In this document: in pieces, positions 11,904 through 24,590 of the stretch
Numbering within the stretch: the stretch's first letter is position 1
Layout of the letters: each line of letters opens with the position of its first letter
NCBI RefSeq assembly: GCF_028641065.1
Contig: NC_073401.1
Location: 8,928,001 to 8,992,000 of the forward strand
Length of the DNA stretch: 64,000 nt
Origin: Leucoraja erinacea
Taxonomy: Eukaryota
Direction: 5' to 3'
The notes under the pieces: model-generated
What the model saw: only the letters and a program-made list of their open reading frames with translations
Told to the model about the DNA's origin: nothing
The model's database searches: none
Program-made: the position numbers and the translations under genes

Positions 11904-14602
11904 TAGATGATCTCATTGAAACCTATGAGACCCTCATGGGCCATGATAGAGTCGAGGTTGAGTTTTTCCCCACCAGAGGGCGAATCTTGATTAAGGAAAC
12001 AAAACAGCATTGACATCATTAGGAGGGATACATTGCTGCCAGTGCTTTTTCTTGACTTTGCTTTATAGCCCATTATAGCATGCAATCAATGGATGGCTGT
12101 GGTTAGTCTGGGACTCTAACTTGGTCTGGAACATTCTCTAGCCTGAAACTTACTACAATCTGCATGATTTTCCCCTTATTCTTTGGTTAGTTTTATCAAT
12201 GAAAGCCCAGGAGTCTTTTATAAAACAATGACTATTTTGAAAAGAGTTTGTCATATATTTGTCAAAATCTCTTTTTCTCCCATCATGTATGCAAAGGGAT
12301 GAATGATATCAGAGTGTCCTTGCCTATGTGTTGATACAAATTATATTGTCTACAATTTTGCTATTTAGTAACACAAGGATGAGGTCAAAACAACTGTTGG
12401 CAAATCTTAATCAGCTAAGTAAAACTGTTACAATTGGAGGAATGTTCAAACCTTCAGAATGATTAATGTACAATATTAGAGGAACATGGCATGATCTAAA
12501 AGCACTTCATGGGCACCTCTATATATTTACTAATACCAAGCACAATATCCATTTAATCGCTCTATCTTTTCCGATATCCGTTACCCTCCAGCTCTTCCTT
12601 CAATCATCCTATAATTCCTCTCTCCACTTCTACCTCAACAACTAAGCAGTTTGTGACCTGATATCAGCCATGAAATACTAGAATACTAGATATAACACAC
12701 GATTACAAGAAAAAAAATATATAACACAAGATTACAAGAAACAAAAGGAGTTGGAGTAAGCCATCTAGTTACTCCCCCCCCCCCTCCACTTCCCACACCA
12801 TTCAATATGAACACGGATACTTTGCCCCATGCTGAACTCTCACCTGTTCCCCGAATTCCAATTTTTTTGCAATTTACCTTGAGTAGGGAACTCAGATATA
12901 CATAACATCCTGCAAGGAGAAATTCCTACAATTTTAAGTTTAATCTCCATTTGTAATTTCGAGAGAAAATGGACTCCCATTTCCAGTCCAACCAAAAACA
13001 TTTCCAGTTTAGTTGGAGTATTAAACATACCATTGCAGCCGTATGTTTAATACTCCATCCAAACAAGGAAATTATGCTAAAATAGACCAGTCTGAAGCAT
13101 GTTCCCAGTCTAGACTTCACTGAGCCTATCCCCTTTACCAAACAATGAAACAAGAAACACAGGTGAAGGCCCATGTCTGAATGAGTGACTTGTGCTGTTC
13201 GGAGACTACAGATGCACAAATGAAGATCATGCAACTGGCAACCAGAAGTGCATTGCATGAAGAAATAAAACATAGAAATGTAATCATGTGGTGCATGTCA
13301 ACATTGAGTTATATGACATAATTTCTATTTTCTTCCTGCACTCAGTCCAGCTCCCAGCAGATTTTACTTGGCAGGAAAACCACCAATGTTCCTCTGCTGA
13401 TGCCTCGGGTTACCTTTGCAATTGAGTCCTAGTATCATCATCAGCAGAGTCCAATTTGCATAGCTAAAGAAAGATGGATGTCCAAGCCATCACAATTTTA
13501 AATTGCATTTGGACTGATTGGAAACCAGTGTGTTTGACCCCCAGTTAATTTTCACTGCCTCTCGGTCATAGTTTTTGACAGTGAAGGTTAAAAATGTAGC
13601 TCACAGGCTCAGGATGAAACTGGTAAATGATTCAAAGGCTTGTTCCCAGCTTTCCACATCCACTCCAAAAATGCACTCTTATTTCAATTTTAGAAGAATA
13701 CATTACATTTTCTAAACTATCATTTTGCAATTTCCAAAAGGACTGTTAATTGATATTTGAAAATAGTCAATCTATTTTTGTTTTGAGATTTTAAACTTGA
13801 AAATGAGAATAAAAGCATCAAAATATGAATGATGCAGAATAGGAAATGAGAAAATCACAAGAAAAATGATAAAAGACTGTCCGCTTATTACTCATTGCTT
13901 TCATGCATATACTTTCATGCTTGCTCATCTCCATTGGCGACTGGCCCCTAAAATTCTTCTAAGATAAAATTTCAATCATTTCATGGCCTTGTCCCTCCTT
14001 ATCTGACAGCTTCCTCTAGTCAGACAGCCTGTCAACAATGCTACATCTCTACATCATCTATAAATGTCTTTGTCATAACACTGACAACTGACTTCCATTG
14101 ACTAAGCTTTCAGGTGTTCCATCCCCAAGTATTACCATTTTCCACTTTTCTCTGTCTTTCTCTTCCCACTTTGATTAAGCCATTAGTCACTCATCCTAGT
14201 ATGTTCAGCTTTATCTTGCTGTCACATTTTGTGCAATTATGCCTTGATGCAGTGTCCAGATGGTTTTTTTTACATGAAAACTACTACAATACATTTTCAA
14301 AAAGAAGCATATGGATTATCGAATGGGATGACAGGCAAGACTACAATCTGAGAGGAAATTATATTTAGACATAAAGACTTTATAGGAAGATACCAAAGAG
14401 TTTAAAGCAGAGAAACCTGGGAGATAAAATATATAATTTCTTGAAAAATTAGCTATAGTCCAATAAAACCATTAAAATAGCGAATGCAATTTACAGTTTT
14501 ATAAACAGAAATATCTATACAAAAAAAAGCACCCCAACTGAAATTGGACAAAGCATGAGAGATAGGATATGAGAATTACTGAAAACAGACGAGATTCTGT
14601 TA

Positions 14603-15435
14603 CCACCGGGTGGCGCCGTAAGTGGCAGCCTCGCCAACAGCCTGTCTCGTCCCTTTCTTCTTTTGTTGTTTTTAGTCTGGTTTAATTCTATGTTTTAGTG
14701 GATCCTTAATTTTTGTATTATGTGGTGGAGGGGGAAACTTTTTTTATCTCTTCCCTCAACGGAGAAGCGACTTTTTCCGTATAGTATCTCCATCCGCACT
14801 GCAGCCATAACATCGTGGAGCTGGCGATCCCTTTGTTAGGGATCGACTTCAGGAGTCCCAACCGCAGGAGCTTCGACCGCCTCGATCGTGGGAGCCTCGA
14901 TCGCCCCGTTGCGGGGGCATCAATCGCCCCGACTGCGGATGCTTCGATCGCCCCGACCGCGAGAGAAAAGGAGTAAGAAGGTAAAAGTTATTTGCCTTCC
15001 ATCACAGTGGGGAACATGGGGTCGCCGAAAAACAAGAAGGACGTGCTGCCTGTGCTGGTGGGGACTCATAGGGATTGCCGTGAGTGCAGTGATCTTGTTG
15101 TTTGTGGGGACATCATGCCACGAGAACATCCTGGAATCTGGTGCGAGTGCGGATGGCTTTCTGACTGTTCGGGCAGACAGGGACTGCAGAGAGAGTGACA
15201 GCGGTCGGTGCAACTCTGGTCACATCACAGTGAAGGAGCGTGTGTGTGGCCCAGACATTGAACTGATGGGTGTGGGTCTCCGCTTATGCTGTGTGCTGTA
15301 GGGATTCTCACAGCCACTATGGTGGCTGTTTATGTTTAATCTTTATGTAGTTTTGTATCTTGTTGCTTTTTTTGCATGACTGCATTGTAAATCAAATTTC
15401 ACTGTACCTCAGTACACATGACAATAAAGGACCAT
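14603..15435 (+). mobile_element. CpG-rich non-autonomous Rex1/L2-related retroelement
   Basis: 5' GTGGCGCC...GGCAGCCTC start, endonuclease remnant (GFLTVRADRD), 3' ATGACAATAAA tail; similar architecture at ~37826-38560(+) and ~55750-56486(-). Confidence 0.55.
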
Positions 15436-15502
15436 TGAAATTCATCAGGTTAATGTCAGAGGTGATAAATTATAATTTTAATGCAAGAGCTAAAATACTG
15501 GC

Positions 15503-16142
15503 GGTAGACACAAAATGCTGGAATAACTCAGCGGGACAGGCAGCATCTCTGGAGAGAAGGAAAGGGTGACATTTCTGGTCGAGACCCTTCTTCAGACTAG
15601 TCAGGGGAAAGGGAAACAGGAGATATAGACGGTGATGTAGAGAGATATGGAACAAATGAATGAAAGATATGTAAAAAAGTAACGATGATAAAGGGAACAG
15701 GCCATTGTTAGCTGTTTGCTAGGTGAAAACGAGAACCTGGTGTGACTTGGGTGGGGGAGGGATGGAGAGAGAGGGAATGTAGGGGTTACTTGAAGTTTGA
15801 GAAATCAATAGTCATTCTACTGGGTTGTAAACTGCCCAAGTGAATTATGAGATGCTGTTCCTCAAATTTGCAATTATCCTCACTCTGACAATGGAGGAGG
15901 CCTTGGACAGAAAGGTCAGTTTGGGAATGGGAATTAAAGTGTAACCGGACTATCAGGTAGCTCCAGGGTGACCGAGCGAAGGTGTTCAGCTAAACGATCG
16001 CCCAGTCTACGTTTGGTCTCGCCGATGTATAAGTCCACATTTTCAACAATGGATGCAGTAGATGAGATTGGAGGAGGTTCAAGTGCCTAACCTGAAAGGA
16101 CTGCCGGGTTCCCTGGACAGAGTCGAGGGAGGAGGCATAGGG
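15503..16142 (-). mobile_element. Penelope-like retroelement 3' fragment (GIY-YIG endonuclease plus terminal repeat)
   Basis: - strand reads YIGETKRRLGDRLAEHLRSV ... EEQHLIIHLGSLQPSRMTIDFSNFK*, then the terminal repeat with a hammerhead-like core at ~15567-15595. Confidence 0.85.
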
Positions 16143-17360
16143 ACATACATATATTGGGGCATTTCCATTGGAATTAGCAAGTTTATATGAAGAGTTTCAT
16201 CAGCTAAATTATCTGGTGAAAAAGGAACAAAACACTCATCGATTTAGAGATTACAATAAGAAATGCTGGTGTTTTCCTTTGGCTCATGTAATGGTTTTCC
16301 ACCTGGGAGTGGCTGGCAAAGACCATTGCAACTATATTCAAAGCAAATGGAAGAGTACTTTCTCAGACAGAAACTCAGACAGAGTCATACAGCATGGAAA
16401 CAGGCCCTTTGGCCTGACTTGTCCATGCCGACCAAGATGCCCCATCTAGGCTCGTTTCACCTGCCCGCATTTGGCTCATACCCCTCTAAATCATTCTTAT
16501 CCATACAAACGAGACCCGTGGGAAAATATATTTTTTAAATTTATGAAATATTTGATTAGTCTATAAGAGGTAATGATTAATAGCAAATTGATTTATATAA
16601 GTGACAACACAGGGATAACGGGTGACTGCTAAAAGATCAATGCACCACAATAAAACTTCACCTTATTCATAAATAGCCAGGCGGAGTTACAAGCTCAAGT
16701 CTGAAGTATCATAACAATATAATTCCATGTCATTAAATGCTGAAACAACTATGGGAGTTCAACAATTACAGTACCACCATTATTAACAAGATCTAACAAT
16801 CTTTCTTATGAATGTAATCATCAGATTGACTGAGCTTCACTATCGTCCGAGTGAAAACATTTCTCCTCATATCCATCCTAAATGGTTACCATTCATTTTA
16901 AGACTAACTCGGTAGATCTAGATTCTTTAACCAAGGGATTCTTTACCCTCTCATGTCCTCGAAGAATTGGGGTCATTTCTCATTCCTCTAACTTCTTGAG
17001 AATATAGGCCAAACTACTCAATATCTCATAATTTGAGAGACCAGGAACCAATTTTGTGAATCTTCATTCTATGTCTTTAATAATAATTATAACTTTTTTA
17101 GATAAGCTGAGCAAAACAACACACAATGTCCCAGGCATTGTCTCAACATAGTCATATCTAATTGATGAAAGACATCTTTAATTTTGTATTCACACCACTT
17201 ACAATAAAGACCACAATACCATTTACTTTCCCAATTGCCTGCAGCAGCACAAGGGCATCAAAGTACCTGAAACATGAACATATCCCAAAATTCTACCCAT
17301 TAAAAAAAATGTCTCTGTTTTCTACTTAAGTTTATTACCAAGTATCTTTACACTACACGT

Positions 17361-17502
17361 AGGGGTGGGAGATTGCAACCTTCACGAAGTCCTCCCTGTT
17401 TCAACTATTTTAATTAACCCGACGTGCACAAACGAATAGATCAAATAGGACAAGTTGACCTGCAACTTTAGGCTGTGCACGCCATACGCTGGAAGAAGAA
17501 GA
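17361..17502 (+). mobile_element. ~140-bp structured non-autonomous retroelement with (AAG)n tail
   Basis: GGGGTGGGAGATTGCA...TGTGCACGCCATACGC..GAAGAAGAAG; second partial copy inverted at 20400-20485. Confidence 0.55.
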
Positions 17503-17799
17503 CGACACATACATGTTGTTGTTGCACGCTTTCATGATTTAACTGAACAATTCTTTCCCAGGGTCGATGAGCTACATAGGTCCCTAATATAGGTGCACAT
17601 TGAGTGTCCCAGAGATCGCTTTGGGTTTCATAAAGTACATCTTCAACTCACTGCCATCGTCAGATCCGCCAAGAGTCAGGGACCTGCATAATTAACCTTC
17701 TCTCCACAGATGCTGGCTGACCAGATGCTGTTTTTAATGAGCCAACCCAGTCCGCTAATGCAGATCGCTGCAAGTTTTCGCCATATTTCGCGGGAGGGG

Positions 17800-18620
17800 A
17801 GGGAATCACAGTGAGCAGCAACTGCTGTGAGTGTGATGTAAACAGACATCGGCTTCCCCGCACAGCTCAAGGAGCACCGTCTGCTCGGCGCCACCAAAGT
17901 TGCGCCGCTTAAAAGTTACCGCTCTGACATTAAAAATGTAACCGAGATCGCGATTCCTACTTTCGTTGGGGATATCGTCTCTGTTGGTGTCGGCGCTCAG
18001 CCCCGTGTTGTCGTCTGTCAGGATTAAAGGGACGTCGTCGTCGTCGACAGGCAGCGCCATCGCCGGCTCGTCGCAATCTCCTCACAGCCGCGCACCGCTC
18101 AACCTAACCTCACGCCGGGGCGGGACATCCCCGCCCTCTGGCTGCTGATTGGTCCATAGTGGTTGCCGGCCGAGCCAGCCCTTGGCGGAGGAGACGTCAA
18201 TCAAAGGACCGCCGCCATCAAGTTTGTTCTCGGCGCGCTTCCCCGACGCGAACGCGCGGCCGGAACCTTCGGCCGAAACGCCGAGGCGGGAGGTCATGGG
18301 GTTAGAAGGGAAAGGTGGTGGGTATCTTAGCAACGGGGTAAGCGCGGCGAGTAAACACACAGCAGCGAGAGAGCGAGCAACTCATCTTCGTTTGGCAGCC
18401 AGCGAGGGCGATGGACGTGCGACAAAGAGCGGTCGAAGCCATGTGAAGGGTCAGGCCTCGGGCCTCCTGCTCCTTTCCCCGGGGCAGCAGAGAGTAAGGT
18501 GCCCGGAGCCGGAGCCGAACGCTGAGGGCAGGGAGGAAGGTCTGTCGCCAGCTTGCACAGCAGGGGTGGAGGGAACGAGGGGCCGATCTGCCATCGCAGT
18601 CGGTGGAGCCGCTACCTCAC
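17800..18620. promoter_or_regulatory. CpG island / bidirectional promoter TPCN1-IQCD
   Basis: CpG-dense; GC boxes 18117-18124 and 18131-18136, CCAAT (ATTGG 18148-18152), CRE-like GACGTCA ~18193, X-box-like GTATCTTAGCAAC 18322-18334, + strand donor GGG|GTAAGC at 18338. Confidence 0.75.
17943..18060 (-). CDS. TPCN1: Two-pore channel 1, first coding exon (rest of gene lies left of the window)
   Basis: MALPVDDDDVPLILT matches the vertebrate TPC1 N-terminus (human MAVSLDDDVPLILT) with an acidic dileucine motif; synteny with IQCD/RITA1/DDX54. The 3' boundary is uncertain (candidate donors after 17961, 17943, 17920). Confidence 0.8.
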
Positions 18621-18884
18621 AACGCCAGACCCGTTCAATCCTGGCCTCGGGTACTGTCTGTGTGGAGTTCGCGCGTTCTCCCTGTGACCGAAGATGGACA
18701 CACGAAGCTGGGGTAACTCAGTGGAGAAACCTGAAGAAGTGTCTCGACCCGAAACGTCACCTCCTCCAGAGATGCTGTCTGTTCCGCTTCTTGTGTCTAT
18801 CTTCGGCGTAAACCAGCATCTGTCGTTCTTTTTACGCGGGCTTTTAAAGTTAATTGACCTCTGTAATATGGCCCTTAACGTATA

Positions 18885-20399
18885 GGGAGGTTGCACGGCA
18901 GTCGGCCCATGACCCGTACTGTTGCTACGCAACTCCAAATGGATTACACGCGATGAACTACAGGTAGGCACTTACCATTGTTTCCAGCGTAGCGGGCCCG
19001 TTAAAACCTGTTGAAATTGACCATTTTTGCGCTGTAAATAATTATGGAAATCGGGATAAGCGTGTGAGACATTTAGCCTACTTCAGAATTCCAAAAATGA
19101 GGAGAAATGACGGTAGATAGAAGCGAGAGCTGAAGGGACAACAACCGCCAGAGTGCTTGGCGAGTATTGGCCGTTTGCTCACTGCATTTCATCAACTAAG
19201 GCATTATTTGTGTTTTTTCTTGATTCCTTTGGCATCTAAAAAGTTTCAGAAGTGATAAATCTGGCTGTAATTCTTTTTTAAATCGCCCATGGTTCTCGTG
19301 GGTTTTTACATACAAAATGAAAAACGCATCTGAAGACAAATTTACAGCCAGATTCATCACTTCTGAGAATTTTTAGATACCAAAGGAATCAAGGAAAAAC
19401 ACAAATAATGCCTTACTTGATGAAATGCAGTGAGCAAACGCGATAATTCACAATATTTTCAATTCCGATATCTGCACGGCCAATGTTTACCATGCACTTT
19501 AGCTGCTGTTCTCCCTTCAGTTCTCGCTTCTCTATAACTTCATTTCGCTTCACTTTTGGAATTCTAAAGTTGTGTACATGTCTCTCACACTTACCCCTAC
19601 ACCCACAATTTTTTTCAGCGCAAAAATTCAACATTTTGGCGGTTTTTAACAGGTAGCGTTTCTAGCATTAATAACATATACCGGAAGTGACGGGTGTCCT
19701 CCAGATGGATTGAGCGGCTCCGTGCGTCGAGGGTGACTGAGCGCTCTGAACCTGAACCAAATGCTCTAATATCTGAACCCGAGCACGAAGGTGTAAGCGG
19801 CCGCAAAAAAAAAAGATAGAAAGGAATTACAAGCGCATCAGCTTGGGAACAGCAAACCCCACGGGAATCTCCCCCTGAATTTCATCAAAAGTAAGTCAGC
19901 ACTGTCCGATCACGGCCGCCCTCCGCCCCAGCTCTCCCCCCTGTGGGTGGAAAGCGCCCCATTCACTAACATGTACCAAACGGGGCCTCCAGGTGTGAGA
20001 TTTGACCTTTGGTGAAATCACCCTATAGGGGTGACCGTGAGTGCCGAAAGACGGTTCCGGGGCAAATCGGACACACGGGGACGAAAACCCGGTGACTGAA
20101 CGTCCCCGTCAGCTGCAGCAGTAGTTGGGAGCGGTCTTTGGAACCAAATCCCTCCGCCTACCCAGTCACTGACTCTCTCCCCGTGGTCTCTGCACCGGCA
20201 CCCCGAACCCCCCTCCCCGGGTCCGCGAGTGTGGAACCAGTCAGCGTGGAGGCCGGATGCTGGGACAGAAGACGCATTACTTCCTGTACTGGCAGCTATA
20301 ATAAGTGCATACTGGACATTCACCACTTGTACTCCAGGAGGCATTGCGTGGCAACAATACGGGTCACAGGTCGTGACCTCAACTGCCGTGCAACCTCCC
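18885..20399. mobile_element. Composite THAP-bearing DNA transposon relic (ISL2EU/IS4EU-like, PIF/Harbinger-related; tentative)
   Basis: Perfect 18-bp TIRs GGGAGGTTGCACGGCAGT (18885-18902 / 20382-20399), each flanked by TA; ORF 19413..19634(-) is THAP-like (C..C...FRIP...RVCSLHF); a second element end (…GTGAAATCACCC|TA) at ~20003-20023. Confidence 0.7.
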
Positions 20400-22968
20400 T
20401 ATTTGATCTATTTGTTTGTGCAGGTCGGGTTGATTGCATTAGTCGAAGCAGAATGGACCACGTGAATGTTACAATCTCCCACCCCAATGTAGTGGATGAG
20501 GAAGTGGGATAACATAAAGCAAGGAACTGCAGATGCTGGTTTACAAAATAATAAGTGTTGGAGCAACGCAGTGGGTTAGACAGAATTTGCGGAGAACATG
20601 GATTGGCGAGATTCTGCTTGGCCCTCCGAGTTACTCCAACACTTTTTTTAGATAACATAGATCTAGTGTAAACGGGTGATAGGTGGTCGATATGGACTCT
20701 GCGGGCCGAAGGGTCTGTTTCCATACTATTTGGGTACCTCGGATCGGGGAGCTGACGAAATACGAGATCTGTGCGAGTCAGGGCTCAGTTAACGTGCGCT
20801 ACTAAGTCTGACGACTATGGTTCCAGTCGCACCAAAGGATCCTGAACACAGGTCGAGTGGAGTAGAGAGAACGCCAACCTGTCGGAAGGACCACCAGTTT
20901 AGCGAGTTCCCATAGAAGAACCCACTGCATTCTTTAAAAATATGGAGGCGTTGTTCTAGACAATATCTACCTCCAAATGTTCAGATCATTATTGCAGTGT
21001 TAATTGTGGAAGTAAAGTGTTTGCGGAATGTATCTTAGCATAATTATTGTATTTTAAAAAGAACAATCGGTTGTTCCATTGAGATGTCAACAACCAAGAA
21101 AGGAGCTAAACAGGAAAGTCTTGGAAATGCAGTAAACCCCAAAATTCCACACAAAACCTTGACACTGTCGTTTTCCAAATTCCGTACTTTTCAGTCAGAC
21201 CAAGTAATTTGTTTCCATGTATTCTTTGTCATATCATAACTTCCTGAGCAACCCCAATTATCTTTTTAATTGTGAAGGGTCCCGTTATGAGACGTCACCT
21301 ATCCATCTTCTTCAGAGATGCCGCTGAGTTTTGCAAACTAGCATCTGCAGTTCCTTGTATCTCCTCTAACTTTTTCCTTTATGGTGTACTTATTAACTTA
21401 TGGAGGATGTTATTACTTCTGCAGGAGTATGTTCTATTTAAATAACAATTTACATTAATTTAGTGTCTTTAATTTGGTGTCATTGTTTCAGTGTGATTCA
21501 CAGAGACAGAATTTGACCTTGAATCATAGAAGTTTAAAAAAAATATGCAAGGTTTACGGAGTGACTTTCAAGATGGAATTATAGTGCTTGGTAGCTGAAA
21601 GCACAGCCTCCAGTGTGAATTTTTTTAAATCTAGGGCCAAAATGCTGTGGTTTGTGTTTCCTTCATTTCTAAGTAATTACTGCTGCAAAGTGTTTGATAC
21701 ATCTTGTGGTTGTAATTGCACTATATAAATGCTTTTGTCATCAAATTCAAATAAGATAAGGTTATTAAGGGAAAAACACATCAAGTACAAATAGACACAA
21801 AATTCTGGAGTAACGGTATCTCTGGAGCAAAGGACCAGGTGACGTTTCGGGTTTGAGACCCGAAGAGTCGGAGGAACGGATCTCGACCCAAAACATCACC
21901 CATTCCTTTTCTCCAGAGATGCTGCCTGTTCTGCTGAGTTACTCGAGCATTTGTGTCTATCTTTAGTGTAAACCAGTATCTGCAGTTCCTCCCCACACAT
22001 CAAATGCTAAAGCTAACAAAGAAATGTAATAATTAAAAAACTGCAAGTTATGAAATCTTAAGTAAAAACAAATCTGAAAACGTTCAACAAGCCAGGCAGG
22101 ATTTGTTGTGTGGAATGAAGTAAGCATTTTGAGTGGTTGACTTTTCAGAACTGGAAGATGTTGAAGTTGAACAAATAGAAGGGCAAAATGGGTCTGAAAG
22201 GAGAAAATAGAAGCTCTGTTAGATTGGAGTTTTTAATATTAAATGACAGAAACAATGACTGCACAAGGCAAAAGGAGATAATAAATGGGCAGGTGTAGAA
22301 ACAATAGCTGGGTCCGTAGCCAGTTGGGAAGGAAGAATGGAAAAGCTCCCAAAGAGGGAAAGGTTGACAGACCACAGGATTGATCTGATAGACATCCTTA
22401 GCCAAAGCATCAGCCCAATTGGTTTTGATTACGCCAGCCACCAAGACTCAGATCTTTATATTAGTAATGGTGCTGGCAGTATTGGCAGTAGGAATGATGG
22501 ACAGGGTTGTGAACCAAACTCTCCTATTTGGATCCAATAAGCCTCAACTATTAGCATCTGCAGTCTGAAAACAAAATTAAGTGATGTTGTTTAAACTCCT
22601 TTCTTTAAAAAAAAAATACATTTTAATTTGTTGTTACTTTGTTGTGTGAGATAACCCATGAAGGGTTGGATGTAATTTTTTTGACTGTTGTAGTAAAGTT
22701 GTAGCAAAATGCAATATTATAATTGAACATTAATTCTGAAGAAGGGTCTTGCCCCAAAACGTCACTCATTCCTTCTCTCCAGAGATGCTGCTGTTATTCC
22801 AGCATTTGTGTCTATCTTCACTCTAATTCTTTACTTTGGTTAACAATAGTTCCAAGGAAAGACTTTAATAAGAATACTGCTTTAGTATTTAAATGTTTGT
22901 TTTTGTTTCAGCAATATAGCTCACTGAAGATTTAAATATATCAAAAGGAACATCTGAAGAACGAAGCA

Positions 22969-23688
22969 ATGGCAACTGAAGCCATAGAACAGAAGAATCA
23001 GATAGAAGCCGTTGAAACTAACAGAGCCAGAATTGATGATAATCTAACGTTGAAAACGGTGAGCCCCAAAGTGGATGTTCTGCAAATCTTGGAACCAGTA
23101 AGAAGAAAGCTTGCATCAATTGAAGCAGAAAGGATTATTTCAGTAATCGAAAAGACCATTGACAAGTTGGAAAAAGTTACTTTGCTTCCTCATATATCCA
23201 ACAACCTCAGTAGGTTCAGTGTTGCTCTTGGTTTAGAGTTGACATGTGCTATAAGGGAGCATGTTAGACTAGAGCAACATTTTTATTATACTGTAACTAA
23301 ATTGATTGAGATTGAGCATCCTGAGGAAGATCAAAATGGCATGCACAAAGTAAAAACCAAAGCAGAGAGATATAACAACTTCACACTCCTTCAGCAGGCC
23401 CTTGGTAGCTCAGTTAAAAACATCATCCGGCTCTTTGATGGGAATCCCTCAGCATGTCAAATAATCCAAATGGAATGTAGAGCCCGAAAACCTGTCTGCA
23501 TGGGTCTCATTCTGGCACTAAAGAAGTTGAGAAACTTTGTATTTGGGAGACTTTTGATATCACCCTCGGAAGAAAAAGACAAGACTGAGTTTGTGGAAAA
23601 CATCATATTGCAAGATAAACAAAACACAGTAATCATCGCCACTTTGGAGGCAGAACTGGCAGCAGCCATCAAAGATAAAGAAAATGAG
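22969..23688 (+). CDS. IQCD: Dynein regulatory complex protein 10 (IQCD), coding exon 1
   Basis: ORF MATEAIEQ...LEPVRRKLASIEAERIISV...AAAIKDKENE; acceptor TTTCAG before 22912; donor GAG|GTAATC; phase 0; synteny. Confidence 0.88.
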
Positions 23689-24137
23689 GTAATCCCAACA
23701 CGGATTATTGATATGGTATTTCGTTTTACCTCTTCAAACAGGGCATTATTTACAAGAGACCATGTACAATTCACCAGCTTCATTAAATTTAGATTGGGAA
23801 ATGCATGCAATATTTATACACCGGAAATTAAAACAAATTATAATATCAAATTTGGGGCCCATCCTGAATATACTTAGCAAAAGTCAATAACGCACTTCAA
23901 TTTGATATCTCTTTGTTAAAATGTAGATTCCTGAACGTGTGTAAATAGATGTTTTACAAACTGCATTACACACTAAAGTTAAAATGACGCTGTTTGTACT
24001 GCATTTCATTATTCTTGCCCAATAGTTATGAAGATAAATGGCATTAAGCAGAGTATTGTTGAAGCTTGGTTTGCAGGTATTGAAGATCTATCCCGTTTCT
24101 TAATTAAATATTCCTATACTAATAATAATAATAATAC

Positions 24138-24318
24138 TACCCTTTATTGTCAATGTAAATACATACAACAAAATTTCAGGCGCACTGCCCGAGCGGAGCT
24201 CCAACGTAACAGATAAATAATAACGACAATGGAAACAACAAAAACGGCAAGAAAAATGTTGTTATCAGAATGCACAATATTCCAGTTTAGTCTTGTGCCA
24301 GTACAAAATATTGGCTAT

Positions 24319-24349
<31 letters not shown>

Positions 24350-24590
24350 GTTCAGTACAGAGTTCAGAGTGGTGACGGCCTTGGGGTAGAAACTGTTCGT
24401 TAATCTTGTGGTGTGTGATTTGATGGACCTGCAACGCTTTCCTGAGGGCAGAAGGGCAAACAAGTGATGTGCGGTATGAGATGAGTCCTTTAGTATGTGT
24501 GATGCCTTCCACAGGCAACGATAGCTATAGATCTCTTCCAGGGCAAGCAGGTGTGTGTTGGTGATCTTCTGGGCTGTATTGATGGCGAAT
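24138..24590 (-). mobile_element. Rex1/Babar LINE 3' fragment
   Basis: HILKDSSHTAHHLFALLPSGKRCRSIKSHTTRLTNSFYPKAV motif with a GACAATAAA tail. Confidence 0.75.

Noticed and set aside
13414-13463. Possible small minus-strand TPCN1 exon (TTTCTTTAG...AG|GTAACC)
   Set aside because: Has a stop in the expected phase-1 frame and no recognisable TPC1 similarity
18149-18811. 220-aa ORF in the CpG island
   Set aside because: GC-rich open frame running through promoter, V-SINE and Penelope sequence
20138-20512. ORFs resembling a small membrane protein
   Set aside because: They span a transposon TIR and an inverted copy of the 17361-17502 repeat
23689-23877. C-terminal 62 aa of the 302-aa ORF
   Set aside because: Read-through into IQCD intron after the GAG|GTAATC donor
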